NCBI GenBank assembly: GCA_934130085.1
Contig: CAKOXK010000002.1
Span: 97,049-161,048 of the forward strand
DNA: 64,000 bases
From: an uncultured Clostridia bacterium
GTDB taxonomy: Bacteria; Bacillota; Clostridia; TANB77; CAG-508
Direction: 5' to 3'
The position numbers and the translations under genes were made by a program. The stretch's first letter is position 1. The number at the start of each line of letters is the position of its first letter. Below are positions 27,997 through 38,053 of the stretch, piece by piece. The notes under the pieces are model-generated. The model saw nothing but the letters and a program-made list of their open reading frames with translations, was not told the DNA's origin and made no database searches.

Positions 27997-29022
27997 TTAA
28001 CCTCCTAAATTTTGTCTACGTAGTTGCCCACATGCTGCATTTATATCTGATCCTAATTCTCTTCTTATTGTTGCCACAATTCCATGGTCATTTAAATAAT
28101 CTCTAAATTTTATAATATTTTCTAGTGAACTTTTTTGATAATTTCCATTGTCGATTTTATTAATTGGTATTAAATTTACATGGCATAGCATTCCTTTTAA
28201 TAACTCCACCAGTTTTTTTGCATCTTGCAAATTATCATTATTATCTTTTGCTAAAGCATATTCAAATGAAATCCTTTTGTTAGTTTTTTCTATGTAATAC
28301 CTGCACGCTTTCATCAATTCCTCTATATTATATGCATTGTTGACAGGCATCATACTAGAGCGAATTTCATCATCGGCACTATGAAGTGAAATTGACAAGG
28401 TACATTGAATATCTTTATCAGCAAATTCATAAATTCTTGGAACAACTCCACTTGTTGAAACGCTTATGTGTCGTGCACCAATGTTTAATCCTTTTGGATT
28501 GTTAAGAATTCCAATTGCATTTAGCACATTTTCAAAATTATCCATTGGTTCACCAATTCCCATAAATACCACATTTGAAACTTTTGAGCCTGTGTCTTGT
28601 TCAATTGCAATTATTTGCTCAACAATTTCACCAGACGTTAAACTTCTTATAAAAGGAATTCCTGTTGATGCACAAAATTTGCAGCCCATCTTACAACCAA
28701 TTTGTGATGATACACATACACTCTTTCCAAAATGATATTCCATTAATACTGATTCTATAGCATTTCCATCATTCAAGCCGAATAAATATTTAATTGTTCC
28801 ATCTTTTGAAACTAGCTTTCTAACAATTTCAAAATTGCAAATATCAAAATTCTCTTTTAGCTTTTTTCTTAATTCTAATGATAGATTTGTCATCTCATCA
28901 AAAGACTTTACCTTTTCTACATAAAGCCATTTAAAAATTTGTTCAGCTCTAAACTTCTTTTCTCCAATGCTCTCTAGTTCTTTTGTAAGTTCATCAAGAT
29001 TATAATCTTTAATATTCTTCAT
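27997..29022 (-). CDS. rlmN: 23S rRNA (adenine2503-C2)-methyltransferase RlmN (radical SAM)
   Basis: 341 aa with 'CVSSQIGCKMGCKFCASTG' (the CX3CX2C cluster). Confidence 0.9.
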   Translation of the reverse strand: MKNIKDYNLDELTKELESIGEKKFRAEQIFKWLYVEKVKSFDEMTNLSLELRKKLKENFDICNFEIVRKLVSKDGTIKYLFGLNDGNAIESVLMEYHFGKSVCVSSQIGCKMGCKFCASTGIPFIRSLTSGEIVEQIIAIEQDTGSKVSNVVFMGIGEPMDNFENVLNAIGILNNPKGLNIGARHISVSTSGVVPRIYEFADKDIQCTLSISLHSADDEIRSSMMPVNNAYNIEELMKACRYYIEKTNKRISFEYALAKDNNDNLQDAKKLVELLKGMLCHVNLIPINKIDNGNYQKSSLENIIKFRDYLNDHGIVATIRRELGSDINAACGQLRRQNLGG

Positions 29023-29106
29023 TTCTATTCCTTAAATTATTTTGTTTATACCATAATTATTAATACGTTGCAATACATCTTTCAATTTGTAAAGTATTTT
29101 TTGCTT

Positions 29107-29433
29107 TTATATTTTTTCTTCGATTTCTTCTTTTGATGTTAGTCCTACAAATTGATTAACTACATTTCCTTTGTTGAATATAATAATTGTTGGTATGCTC
29201 ATTACATCATACTTTTCTGCCCATTCTGGAGCATTATCAACATCAAGTTTGCAAACCTTAATAATTCCATCTTTTTCTTTTGCAATCTCATCAATTATGG
29301 GTGATTGCATTCTGCATGGATTGCACCATGTTGCAAAAAAGTCAACAATTACTGTTCCTTCATAATTTAAAACTTCCTTTTCAAAATTTGAACTATCTAA
29401 ACTAATAACACCCATTTTTATTTTTGAAAGCAC
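29107..29433 (-). CDS. trxA: Thioredoxin
   Basis: 108 aa with the 'WCNPC' active site in 'FFATWCNPCRM'. Confidence 0.9.
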   Translation of the reverse strand: MLSKIKMGVISLDSSNFEKEVLNYEGTVIVDFFATWCNPCRMQSPIIDEIAKEKDGIIKVCKLDVDNAPEWAEKYDVMSIPTIIIFNKGNVVNQFVGLTSKEEIEEKI

Positions 29434-29609
29434 TTTTACCTAAAAACTCTTTTCAATACTCTTGCATCTTTTTTTACTATCTACTAGCTCTTTACGTTAT
29501 CTTAATATTAGGATGTTTTATTGTGCTTTCATACCTCCTTTTCTTTTTGTTTTTTCTTCTTGTTTTCTTTCTATTTTAGCTTTCTTTTTATTTTACTTTC
29601 TTTTTATTT

Positions 29610-30599
29610 TTACTTTCCAGAAACCTTTATATAATTTATTACATTTATTCCTGCTTCTGCTCCCTCGTATACAGCTTTACTTACTTGTAAAAGTCCTCCT
29701 GTAATATTTCCGCAAGCAAATACTCCTGGAACATTAGTCTGCATTTTATCATTTACAACAATAGTTTCATTTTTTGTAATGATGCCCATTCTTTTTGCAA
29801 ATTCAAATCCACCAGCTATGCCTTCAGCAATAAAAACTCCATCAACCTGAATTTCATTTGAATCATTTGAATTTGAATCATCAGAATTTGAATTTGTTGA
29901 ATTTGAATTCTTTTCGCCTAAAATACTGTTACATTCAATAAACTGTCTTTCACTTGCTTTATTCTTATTAACTTCTTCTTGATTACTTTCTTTGTTATTG
30001 CTTTTGCATTCATTGATGTCATTCTTCAAAGTAATACTTTTAACTTTTTGCTCTGTTCCATTTATTGACTTTATTTCTGAACTAGTAAGTATTCTAACAC
30101 TTTTGGCTACTTTTTTCAACACGTCCGCTTCTTCAATTGCATTTTTTCCATCTCCAATAACCACAACATTTTTACCCTTATAAAAATATCCATCACATAA
30201 AGCACAAAAACTTACGCCTTTATTAATGTATTTTTCAATATTTTCGATTTTAGGCACGATTCTTTTTAGACCAGTAGCCAAAATAACGGCCTTTGCCTGA
30301 TAAGTATCATTTTCAGATTTTACTTTAAACTCAAGATTATCTTCCATCTCAATATTAAGTATTTCTTCTTTTTTTATTTCTATACCTGAGTTAGTTGCTT
30401 GCATTATTCCTTTTTCAAATAATTCTTTTCCAGAAATTCCATTTTCAAATCCATAATAATTATCAATTTTTTCTGCTTTTTCAAGCTCCGACTCTCCTTT
30501 ATAAAAAACAATTGGGTTCATACCAGCTCTTTTTATATAAATTGATGCTTGAATTCCTGCAGGTCCAGCTCCAACTATAATACAATCATATATTTTCAA
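29610..30599 (-). CDS. trxB: Thioredoxin reductase-like flavoprotein with N/S/D-rich low-complexity insertion
   Basis: 'IIVGAGPAGIQASIY', redox 'CALCDG' and 'VFACGNI' motifs. There is a ~60-aa insert 'NDINECKSNNKESNQEEVNKNK...NSNSTNSNSDDSNSNDSNE', encoded by tandem 'aatttgaat' repeats at 29850-29900. Confidence 0.8.
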   Translation of the reverse strand: MKIYDCIIVGAGPAGIQASIYIKRAGMNPIVFYKGESELEKAEKIDNYYGFENGISGKELFEKGIMQATNSGIEIKKEEILNIEMEDNLEFKVKSENDTYQAKAVILATGLKRIVPKIENIEKYINKGVSFCALCDGYFYKGKNVVVIGDGKNAIEEADVLKKVAKSVRILTSSEIKSINGTEQKVKSITLKNDINECKSNNKESNQEEVNKNKASERQFIECNSILGEKNSNSTNSNSDDSNSNDSNEIQVDGVFIAEGIAGGFEFAKRMGIITKNETIVVNDKMQTNVPGVFACGNITGGLLQVSKAVYEGAEAGINVINYIKVSGK

Positions 30600-30673
30600 C
30601 TCTTAATTCTCCTTTCATGATCTTTGTATTATTTATTTAATTTTCTATTCTTACGTTTTTTATTCAATTTTCC

Positions 30674-31165
30674 TTAATCTAATTTGGCAAAATTAACTTG
30701 ATTTCCATGCTCTTTTATAATATCAACCAAGTCTGCAACCTTTAACCACACAGTAGCTGTATTATCATTTGGATGAATTCCAATTATCTGTTTACCATCA
30801 AGAAAAGCTTCATCCAACCAAAACATAACTTTTAAACTATCATCATTTAATAAACCAAACGGACTTACCGATCCGGGATGCAATTTCAAAATATCCATCA
30901 AATCTTGCTCCGAGGCAAACGTTAAAGGTCTTGTTTCATTTGTCCTTCTAAACTTTTTCAAATCTACCTTTTTGTTACCTTTTACAGTTATAAGATAATA
31001 ATTTCTTTTCTTATCATCTCTTACAAATAAATTTTTAGCATCATATTCAGAATAAGGCACTTCTATCTCAGATAACTCTTTCATGCTAACAACTGCTTTA
31101 TGCTCAGTGATTTCATACCATATATTTCTTTTTTTTAGAAAATTATATATTTCTTGTTTGTCCAT
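30674..31165 (-). CDS. YbaK/ProX-type Cys-tRNA(Pro) deacylase domain protein
   Basis: 'HPGSVSPFGL' and 'IGIHPNDNTATVWL' are deacylase motifs. The upstream part of the track ORF (to 31273) overlaps the pepE 3' end, so the start is placed at the internal Met 'MDKQEIYNFLKK'. Confidence 0.7.
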   Translation of the reverse strand: MDKQEIYNFLKKRNIWYEITEHKAVVSMKELSEIEVPYSEYDAKNLFVRDDKKRNYYLITVKGNKKVDLKKFRRTNETRPLTFASEQDLMDILKLHPGSVSPFGLLNDDSLKVMFWLDEAFLDGKQIIGIHPNDNTATVWLKVADLVDIIKEHGNQVNFAKLD

Positions 31166-31257
31166 ACTTATATTCTTAGCCTCCAATATTTTAGTTTCTA
31201 TGTTTATTAACTTCTTTTTAAACGTTTTTTCTTTTATATTCGTTCTTAAATAAATTT

Positions 31258-31846
31258 TTATTCTTTTATCCATTTGTCGTCTTTTAAATATAATATCTCA
31301 TTATCCGTCAGTGTTTCAACTTTTCTATTTTCTTTTAATAACTCTTTATATATTTTTTCTCTTTCTTTGCAATAGTGGCAAACTAAGATTCCATCATATA
31401 AATTAAGCCCCGACATATCTTTCTCATTGACTATATTATCATCAAATTTTAGAACATGCTTTAAGCTATTTGTTGCAATATGCGTTCCAGCACTTGCTCC
31501 TATATATATTACACCGTTTTCTTAAATAGTTATATATACTTTTCTCAAATCTTGATCTTTTTAAATAGTGTTTAAGTACAAATGTATTTCCACCACATAC
31601 ATATATAATATCTATATTTAGATTACTAAATTGACTCGCTTTTTCGTCATCAAAGAAATATATATTTTCTTTTCTAAATCCCAATTCTATATAATCTTTA
31701 ATATATTTTTCCTTTTTATATTCGTTCTTTCTTGCTGTTGGTATAACTAACATCCTTATTTCTTTTATATCTATATTTATTAAATTCATAATTTTATTAA
31801 AAACTAATTTGTTTTCAAATCCTTTTGACGTTAATATTACTTTCAT
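31258..31846 (-). pseudogene. pepE: Peptidase E (S51 dipeptidase) with an apparent frameshift
   Basis: N-terminus 'MKVILTSKGF...IIYVCGGNTFVLKHYLKRSRFEKSIYNYL' in one frame. The continuation 'ENGVIYIGASAGTHIATNSLKHV...KDDKWIKE*' is in the +1 frame from ~31520, at 'ttaagaaaacgg' (an A-tract). Confidence 0.65.
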
Positions 31847-31921
31847 TATATCCTCTTTTCATTATTAGATTTAAAGCTGTATGCAATTTTGCATACAGCT
31901 TTAAAAGCAAAGAATTATCTT

Positions 31922-32833
31922 TTACTTTATCATACACTCATTTAAGAAGTCCTTATACACTGTTGCAATCACCTTGTTAGCTTTCTCTTCCATATTTTTA
32001 AGCATGACAATATCTGTATTATTAAAATAATTGTTAAATGCAGTGTTCTTAGGTTCTATTACTCCTTTCCTGGCTTTTAAAATAGATTCCAATTCAAAAT
32101 TTCTAGTCCTACGAAATTCACGTTTGTGTTCTCTATATCCAACTTCATACCTCATGTTTCTTGTCATATCTTTTATTGCCGCCAAAAACATTGCGCTATT
32201 TCCTGATAAACAACTTTTTTTATCTAAATCTCCAAACATATGCATTAGGTTTCTTAACGAATAGTTATTGTTTGCTAATTCGGGCATGAAAAACTTGCTT
32301 ATTGTTCCTGTATAGTCTAAAGAATATATACTATATGCCCATTTTTCTTTTTCTAGAGATGCATAATATTTTGTATAATTTTCTTCCAAATATATATTCC
32401 GAAAAGATACATTTTTAAAATGCTTTTCAGCACTTCTACGAATAAATTCAGTAGTTTCTTTATAAACAACATCCATAGGCATTAACCTAATAAATGTTAA
32501 ATATGAAGAATCATCTTGATTTAACTTTTCTCTATTTTTTTCTGTTATCAACCTCTTGTTTAGCAACTTTTGCAAAATTTCATTTTTGTCTGCTATCAAT
32601 GTTTTGTCATTCTTTACTGGATTAAAGTCAAATCCTGATAGGTATTTTTCGTAAAACCCTACAGTTCCATGAGGCATTATTTTTTTACTTTTCTTAGGTA
32701 AATTGTGCCCATAATACACTATAATTGAATTTTTATCATAAAATTGAGGGTCTGATTGCCTCGCCGTATATATTAAAGCAATTGTTTTTTCAATTGATTC
32801 ACCGCTATTTTGTAACGAAATAATTTTCTTCAC
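31922..32833 (-). CDS. Hypothetical protein (no confident family assignment)
   Basis: 303-aa ORF with good RBS context, adjacent to a GT4-like glycosyltransferase. Confidence 0.4.
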   Translation of the reverse strand: MKKIISLQNSGESIEKTIALIYTARQSDPQFYDKNSIIVYYGHNLPKKSKKIMPHGTVGFYEKYLSGFDFNPVKNDKTLIADKNEILQKLLNKRLITEKNREKLNQDDSSYLTFIRLMPMDVVYKETTEFIRRSAEKHFKNVSFRNIYLEENYTKYYASLEKEKWAYSIYSLDYTGTISKFFMPELANNNYSLRNLMHMFGDLDKKSCLSGNSAMFLAAIKDMTRNMRYEVGYREHKREFRRTRNFELESILKARKGVIEPKNTAFNNYFNNTDIVMLKNMEEKANKVIATVYKDFLNECMIK

Positions 32834-32836
32834 AGC

Positions 32837-33787
32837 TCATTCCTCCACATTTTTTATAATAGAATTTATGAAACTTTTTATTGATTCTCTTTTTATACTT
32901 TCTTCAAAATTTTTTAGTATTACCTCTTTTGAACATATCTGAATCAATTTTGAAATAATTGGTTCATTATTGTACAAATTTACCTTGAATTTCATGCAAT
33001 CTATATGTCCATCAACATTTGAAACCAGCACTGGAACTTTCAATTGTTTTGCTTGAACCGCTGTCAAGTTATATGCCTCTGTTCTTGAAAATTGAATATA
33101 TGATTTAGAATTACATAATATATTCAAAAAATCATCATGATTGAATTTTCTACATTTAATTCCCATATATTCTCCATCAAATCCTAAAATTAGAGCTTTG
33201 TCTTTCAGTTTTATTTTCTCCATCTGGCTAGCGAACACATCTACCCCTTTTAAAGTCCGATATCTATAATCAGGTGATGTACAAATTGTTACATATTTAT
33301 CATAATATGGTTTTAATTCTACCTTCTTTCCTTGTTTTTGAATTCTATCTATTCCTATTTGAATAACTCCAACATTTATGCCAATTTTCTCATATTGTTT
33401 TGCTACGTTTTCTGATGGGCAAAAAAATTTAATATTATATCTTTTTTGAATATTTTCTAAATAATCTAAAAACAGTAACTTTTCTTTTTTAAATTGATAA
33501 TATTTTGGTGCTACATGTAGAAAAACAGAATATCTAATCCCATTTTTAGATAATAATTCCAAGTTAGAAATTATAGGATACATATGACCTGTTACATGTA
33601 AAATGTAGTTATCCTTTTGATTAAATCTGAATGACATCATATCATGCGTGAAAATAACTTTCTGATTTTCCTCTATTTGTAATGGTTGAACAAGTTGATG
33701 TAATGTACCATATCCATCGTGTTCTACAATATGAATTATAAATGAATATTTTCTATCCTTTTTTCCATTTTCAAATTCAATCCGCAT
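32837..33787 (-). CDS. Glycosyltransferase, family-1/GT4-like
   Basis: The C-terminal 'FSRTEAYNLTAVQAKQLKVPVLVSNVDGH' matches the GT-B E-X7-E/nucleotide-sugar-binding region. Confidence 0.55.
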   Translation of the reverse strand: MRIEFENGKKDRKYSFIIHIVEHDGYGTLHQLVQPLQIEENQKVIFTHDMMSFRFNQKDNYILHVTGHMYPIISNLELLSKNGIRYSVFLHVAPKYYQFKKEKLLFLDYLENIQKRYNIKFFCPSENVAKQYEKIGINVGVIQIGIDRIQKQGKKVELKPYYDKYVTICTSPDYRYRTLKGVDVFASQMEKIKLKDKALILGFDGEYMGIKCRKFNHDDFLNILCNSKSYIQFSRTEAYNLTAVQAKQLKVPVLVSNVDGHIDCMKFKVNLYNNEPIISKLIQICSKEVILKNFEESIKRESIKSFINSIIKNVEE

Positions 33788-34256
33788 ATAAGAACCTCCT
33801 TAAATAATATATGATTTTCAATGTACAAATACTTAAATTGTATTATATCACTTTTATTTTTTATGTCAACTTTTTGCTTATAAATACAATTTTTCTGCTT
33901 ATAACAAGTGAAAAAGTAAATGCACGTATCAACAAGGTGCATTGCAATAAGTCTTACATTTAGTCTTAATGTACAATATAATGCAATTTTGTTTATTAGC
34001 TATGTAAATTTTCTTTGAAATCTATATTAATTTTACACAAAAAAGCAAGGTTTTTGAGCAAATATATTGCTTAAAACTTGCTTTTTCTCGTACAAGTTGC
34101 ATTTAACTTTTTACTTGACGTTACAATCTAAAATGTAAGAGTTTGTTTTGTTTTTTGGTTGAGCTAGAATAGTATCTATATTGTTACAAACATTGAGTCC
34201 AGAATTATAAATTTCAAATAACTGCTTTGACGTATATTTCGGATTGTTTAATAGTT

Positions 34257-35027
34257 TTATTTAAGTCTTACTTTTTTATATTGTACATTATAGGCTAAAC
34301 CTATAAATTCGTCACTGATTTCTTCTAATCCGATATTAATCTTTTTGCAAACTTTCATTATTAAATTACTTATTTGCCCTTGTGTAATTGGTTCTACCAA
34401 AGCCTCTTTAGGGTCATAATTTAATAGTTTTGCAATTGTTATTTCGCTTTCATTTGGCAACTCCATAATCTTTTTAACAGCAGTATAAACAGGCTCATTC
34501 CAGTATGGATCATTATTTCCTATTACTTCTTCAACAATCTTTTTTAATTTTATGTCAGGATTTTCTTCTACAACTCTTTCATTATTATTAAGTAATCTAT
34601 TGTATTTTTCAAATATTTGCTTTACATCTAATGGCTTTACAATTTCTTTTGTAAAATCATTAAACAAGTGTCGATTTAATGAAAGTTTTTTAAAAAATTC
34701 TATTTTTCCGTCTTCACTTATATTAGTCAATTTATTAAAATATTCTTTTAATAAGTCTATCCAAAATGGATCATTTCCAATAAAAGATTCTATCACTTTC
34801 TCTAATGTTTCTGTCATCAAATTTAAATTCTTATCATAATCATAATTACATTTACTACAATGATATGTAGGATTATCCGGTCTCAATATACAACCGCCCG
34901 CAATATATTTATTTGTATCAATTTCTCCTTTAATTTTTCCATAAATATATTCCTTTAAAATCGAATGACATTTTGGACATCTAATTTCTTCTTTTTCATT
35001 TAATTCAAAACTTGGTTCTATAGCCAT
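34257..35027 (-). CDS. Hypothetical protein with N-terminal CxxC...CxxC zinc ribbon
   Basis: 'CPKCHSIL...HCSKCNY' at the N-terminus. It lies directly downstream of the ADP-ribosyltransferase gene. Confidence 0.4.
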   Translation of the reverse strand: MAIEPSFELNEKEEIRCPKCHSILKEYIYGKIKGEIDTNKYIAGGCILRPDNPTYHCSKCNYDYDKNLNLMTETLEKVIESFIGNDPFWIDLLKEYFNKLTNISEDGKIEFFKKLSLNRHLFNDFTKEIVKPLDVKQIFEKYNRLLNNNERVVEENPDIKLKKIVEEVIGNNDPYWNEPVYTAVKKIMELPNESEITIAKLLNYDPKEALVEPITQGQISNLIMKVCKKINIGLEEISDEFIGLAYNVQYKKVRLK

Positions 35028-35056
35028 TTTTTATCGCTCCTTTTTAATATTATTTT

Positions 35057-36511
35057 TTATAATTCCATACTTCCCATATCCTCTATAGGCTGTTGTTGAA
35101 CTTGTCCTTGTACCATTGTGGTATCACCTTGTTCTTGATTTTGTTGTGGTTGTTGTTCTCTGTGTTTCCTTGCAGTTTCAGCACTTTCTCTTTGTATTCT
35201 AGCCTTCTCTTCTGGTTCTAATTCCCATGATTTCTTTTCTCCTGTTTCAGTTTTTGTATTTTGTTGTCTATCTAGATAAGTCGTATCTTGTGTTTCATCG
35301 TTTCTTCCTCTATAAAATATTGATCTAATTTGACTAAAAAATCTTGAAAATCTATTTTGTCTAGCAGGTAATTTTTCTAAATTTTCGTGTTGTGAATATT
35401 TTTGGTGTTGTATCGTTTGGTTATACAAATTATTACTTTCTGTTTGTGTAGAAAAAGTTTTCTCATAACTATTGTATCTTTGTTCTGTTGCTTGTTGTCC
35501 TATATCTTTATAGCATTCTCTTTCTTTACTTAGTAATATTCCTTTTAAAACCGTCTTCGTTTTTCCATTTTGATCTACAACTCCCTTTTGAGCATCTATA
35601 ACATAAATATCATTAGGATTTAATAAAACTTCTTGCTCTGCACTATCATAATCTGATAATTGTGTTATATAAGTACCTTGTGTTCCTTTTGGTGCATATA
35701 TCTCCATAACAGTATCATAATCATCATATTTTGCAAATGATGATTGGTACAAGGGTGATGTACTTGTATATCCTTTATTGCTTATACTTTTTCCAATATA
35801 ACTCTCTGGATTTATATTTCCATCTGTTTTTATTGCTCTATAAAGTTTCATTGATTTTGATAATTTTGCTTTTGATAATCCTTCATCTAAGTTTGATAAT
35901 GTACTATCAATATGTTCTAAAGAATCCATATCTTTAACTGCTGTACAAATTGATGGATAACAATTATGTGGAATATTTCTTTGTTGAATATATTGACTAA
36001 TCATTTCATAATTTTCATGTACTGGCTTACTAAAATCTAGTGATTGAATATAATCTTCTATACCTTTAATTTGTTCTTGTGAAAGAGCTCTAGTTTTTAA
36101 TTTGTCCTCCATATCTGTTTTTATTCCATTTTGAATCTGACTTCTATCTGTCCAACTTCTTTTCATAGACAAAATCATATTACTTCCGTTGCTATATTGG
36201 TTTATTGCTTTTGCATTCTCAATACTTAAGTTATTCTTTTTTAATTCTTGCATAAATCCATCAATTTCTTTAGGATTTGTTCCTTGCTGTATCAATTCGT
36301 CAATAGTGTATCCATCTGCTAATCCTCTTAATACATTTTGATAATTAGCATCAGAGTTAAAAATTTGCTTTAAATCAATACTATTTTGAAAAGAGGAATA
36401 TTCACCATTTATAATCTCATCAATTTCAGATTCAGTTAACCCCTGTTTTTTCAGTATATCTGTAAGTGTTTGAGTTTGCTCATTCGACATTTTTAAGTGT
36501 TCGATTTGCAT
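35057..36511 (-). CDS. ADP-ribosyltransferase-domain protein (R-S-ExE class, C3/iota/VIP2-like) with Q-rich C-terminal tail
   Basis: Catalytic triad motifs are in order: 'KLYRAIK' (Arg), 'GYTSTSPL' (STS) and 'SAEQEVLLNPN' (ExE; compare iota Ia 'EYEVLLN'). There is no signal peptide, and the C-terminus is a low-complexity 'REQQPQQNQEQG...QGQVQQQP' tail. Confidence 0.7.
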   Translation of the reverse strand: MQIEHLKMSNEQTQTLTDILKKQGLTESEIDEIINGEYSSFQNSIDLKQIFNSDANYQNVLRGLADGYTIDELIQQGTNPKEIDGFMQELKKNNLSIENAKAINQYSNGSNMILSMKRSWTDRSQIQNGIKTDMEDKLKTRALSQEQIKGIEDYIQSLDFSKPVHENYEMISQYIQQRNIPHNCYPSICTAVKDMDSLEHIDSTLSNLDEGLSKAKLSKSMKLYRAIKTDGNINPESYIGKSISNKGYTSTSPLYQSSFAKYDDYDTVMEIYAPKGTQGTYITQLSDYDSAEQEVLLNPNDIYVIDAQKGVVDQNGKTKTVLKGILLSKERECYKDIGQQATEQRYNSYEKTFSTQTESNNLYNQTIQHQKYSQHENLEKLPARQNRFSRFFSQIRSIFYRGRNDETQDTTYLDRQQNTKTETGEKKSWELEPEEKARIQRESAETARKHREQQPQQNQEQGDTTMVQGQVQQQPIEDMGSMEL

Positions 36512-36556
36512 ATTTTTTACTTCCTTATCTTTCGATATTTTTCTTAATTAAATTTA

Positions 36557-37354
36557 TTATTTTTCTTGTGTAGTTTCTTGATTAGATGTTACAATCATTC
36601 CATCTACAGCTTCATTTATAATTTTAAGCATAAACTCAATAAACTCATTTGAATTTCCTGCATTATTGCAATTTTGAATTGCTGTATAATATTCTTCTTG
36701 ATGTTTCCTTATTATACTTTCTATTGGAATATATTTAAACAATTCTTTCCAATGTGCAAGTATTGCTGTTTGCCATAATCTTGCTGTTCTTCCATTTCCA
36801 TCTGAAAAAGGATGTATAAATACAAATTCATAATGAAATATGGAAGATAAAATCAAAGGATTAACATTTTCTTTAACTTCATTCATCCATCTAAATAGGT
36901 TATCCATTAATTCTGGAACCATTCTATGAGGTGGAGCCATAAATATTTGAACATCCCCATCATAAACAGCTTCTCCATGATTTCTAAATTTTCCGCTATC
37001 ATCTTCAATAGCAAAAGTAAATATTCCCTGTACCTTTTTTAAATCATCTATAGAATACGGATTCACATTATCAATTTCTTCATAAGCTTTATATGCATTT
37101 TTAACTTCTTGAATGTCTTTTTGTTCTCCAATAACTGCTTTTCCATTTATTACTGCTTCAACTTGAAACAATGATAATTGATTATTTTCAATAGCTAAAG
37201 ATGAATGTATTGATTGTATTCTTGTTTTCTTTCTTAATTCTGGAAATCTATTTAAACTTTCAAAATAATTTGCTTCTCCTATTTTCTCCATTATGCCTGT
37301 TGCTAAATTTAACATTTTATCTGTTATTGTATATGGTGGGTAATTTATTTCCAT
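36557..37354 (-). CDS. Fic/DOC family protein (AMPylator-type)
   Basis: Canonical Fic motif 'HPFSDGNGRTARLW'. Confidence 0.85.
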   Translation of the reverse strand: MEINYPPYTITDKMLNLATGIMEKIGEANYFESLNRFPELRKKTRIQSIHSSLAIENNQLSLFQVEAVINGKAVIGEQKDIQEVKNAYKAYEEIDNVNPYSIDDLKKVQGIFTFAIEDDSGKFRNHGEAVYDGDVQIFMAPPHRMVPELMDNLFRWMNEVKENVNPLILSSIFHYEFVFIHPFSDGNGRTARLWQTAILAHWKELFKYIPIESIIRKHQEEYYTAIQNCNNAGNSNEFIEFMLKIINEAVDGMIVTSNQETTQEK

Positions 37355-37646
37355 TTTAAAACCTCCAATTTCTATATGTATTATAACACAAACATATTCA
37401 TTATGATACTATCTATTATTTATTTTCTACTAAACATTTATAAACTTAATCTTCTGTAAGTTTATTTTTTTCATTTTAGTAATTTTGTCTTTAGCGTTTT
37501 TTCATTGTTCAAATTCTTTTTGAATTATTTGGCTTTCATATTTCTGCAAATGCTTTATTAGAACCAATTAATTTTTGATAAAATAAAAAAATTATCATAC
37601 TTAAACCTACTTGCAAAAATAAGTTTAATTAGATAATTCTTTAAAA

Positions 37647-37721
37647 TGGTTGGGCTAGCTAGATTCGAACTAGCGCATGTTAGAGTCAAAGTCTAATGCC
37701 TTACCGCTTGGCTATAGCCCA
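37647..37721 (-). tRNA. tRNA-Gln (anticodon TTG)
   Basis: The reverse complement gives a 7-bp acceptor stem UGGGCUA/UAGCCCA, anticodon loop CUUUGAC, T-loop GTTCGAATC and an encoded CCA. Confidence 0.8.
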
Positions 37722-37742
37722 ATGTTTATTTTGTTTTAAAAA

Positions 37743-37820
37743 TGGGGTGGAGTGTGGGATTCGAACCCACGGTCTCCAGTGCCACAAACTGGCGCGTTAA
37801 CCAACTACGCTAAATCCACC
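37743..37820 (-). tRNA. tRNA-His (anticodon GTG) with encoded G-1
   Basis: The reverse complement 'GGTGGATTTAGCGTAGTTGGTTAACGCGCCAGTTTGTGGCACTGGAGACCGTGGGTTCGAATCCCACACTCCACCCCA' has anticodon loop TTGTGGC and an extra 5' G. Confidence 0.75.
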
Positions 37821-38053
37821 ATGTTTGCGTCTCTCCTATTAAAGACTTATTAATTGTACCCCATTTTTTTTATATTGTCAACTGCTTTTTCAAATTTATA
37901 CTAACAGTTTTGCAAATTCATACTAATATGTGTATCAAAGTATATTAAATATATCTGGATTTGGAGTTAACCTTTTGGATTTACTTTATTTTCTTAGTCC
38001 ATTTTTTGTCAATTATTCTTTGTTTTATTGTTTTTGGCTTTTTTATTTTTACA

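Noticed and set aside
31866-31910. Perfect 14-bp palindrome 'aaagctgtatgcaa tt ttgcatacagcttt' as a rho-independent terminator
   Set aside because: There is no flanking U-tract on either strand beyond the three T/A at the stem ends. It may be an operator or a weak terminator, so it is not called.
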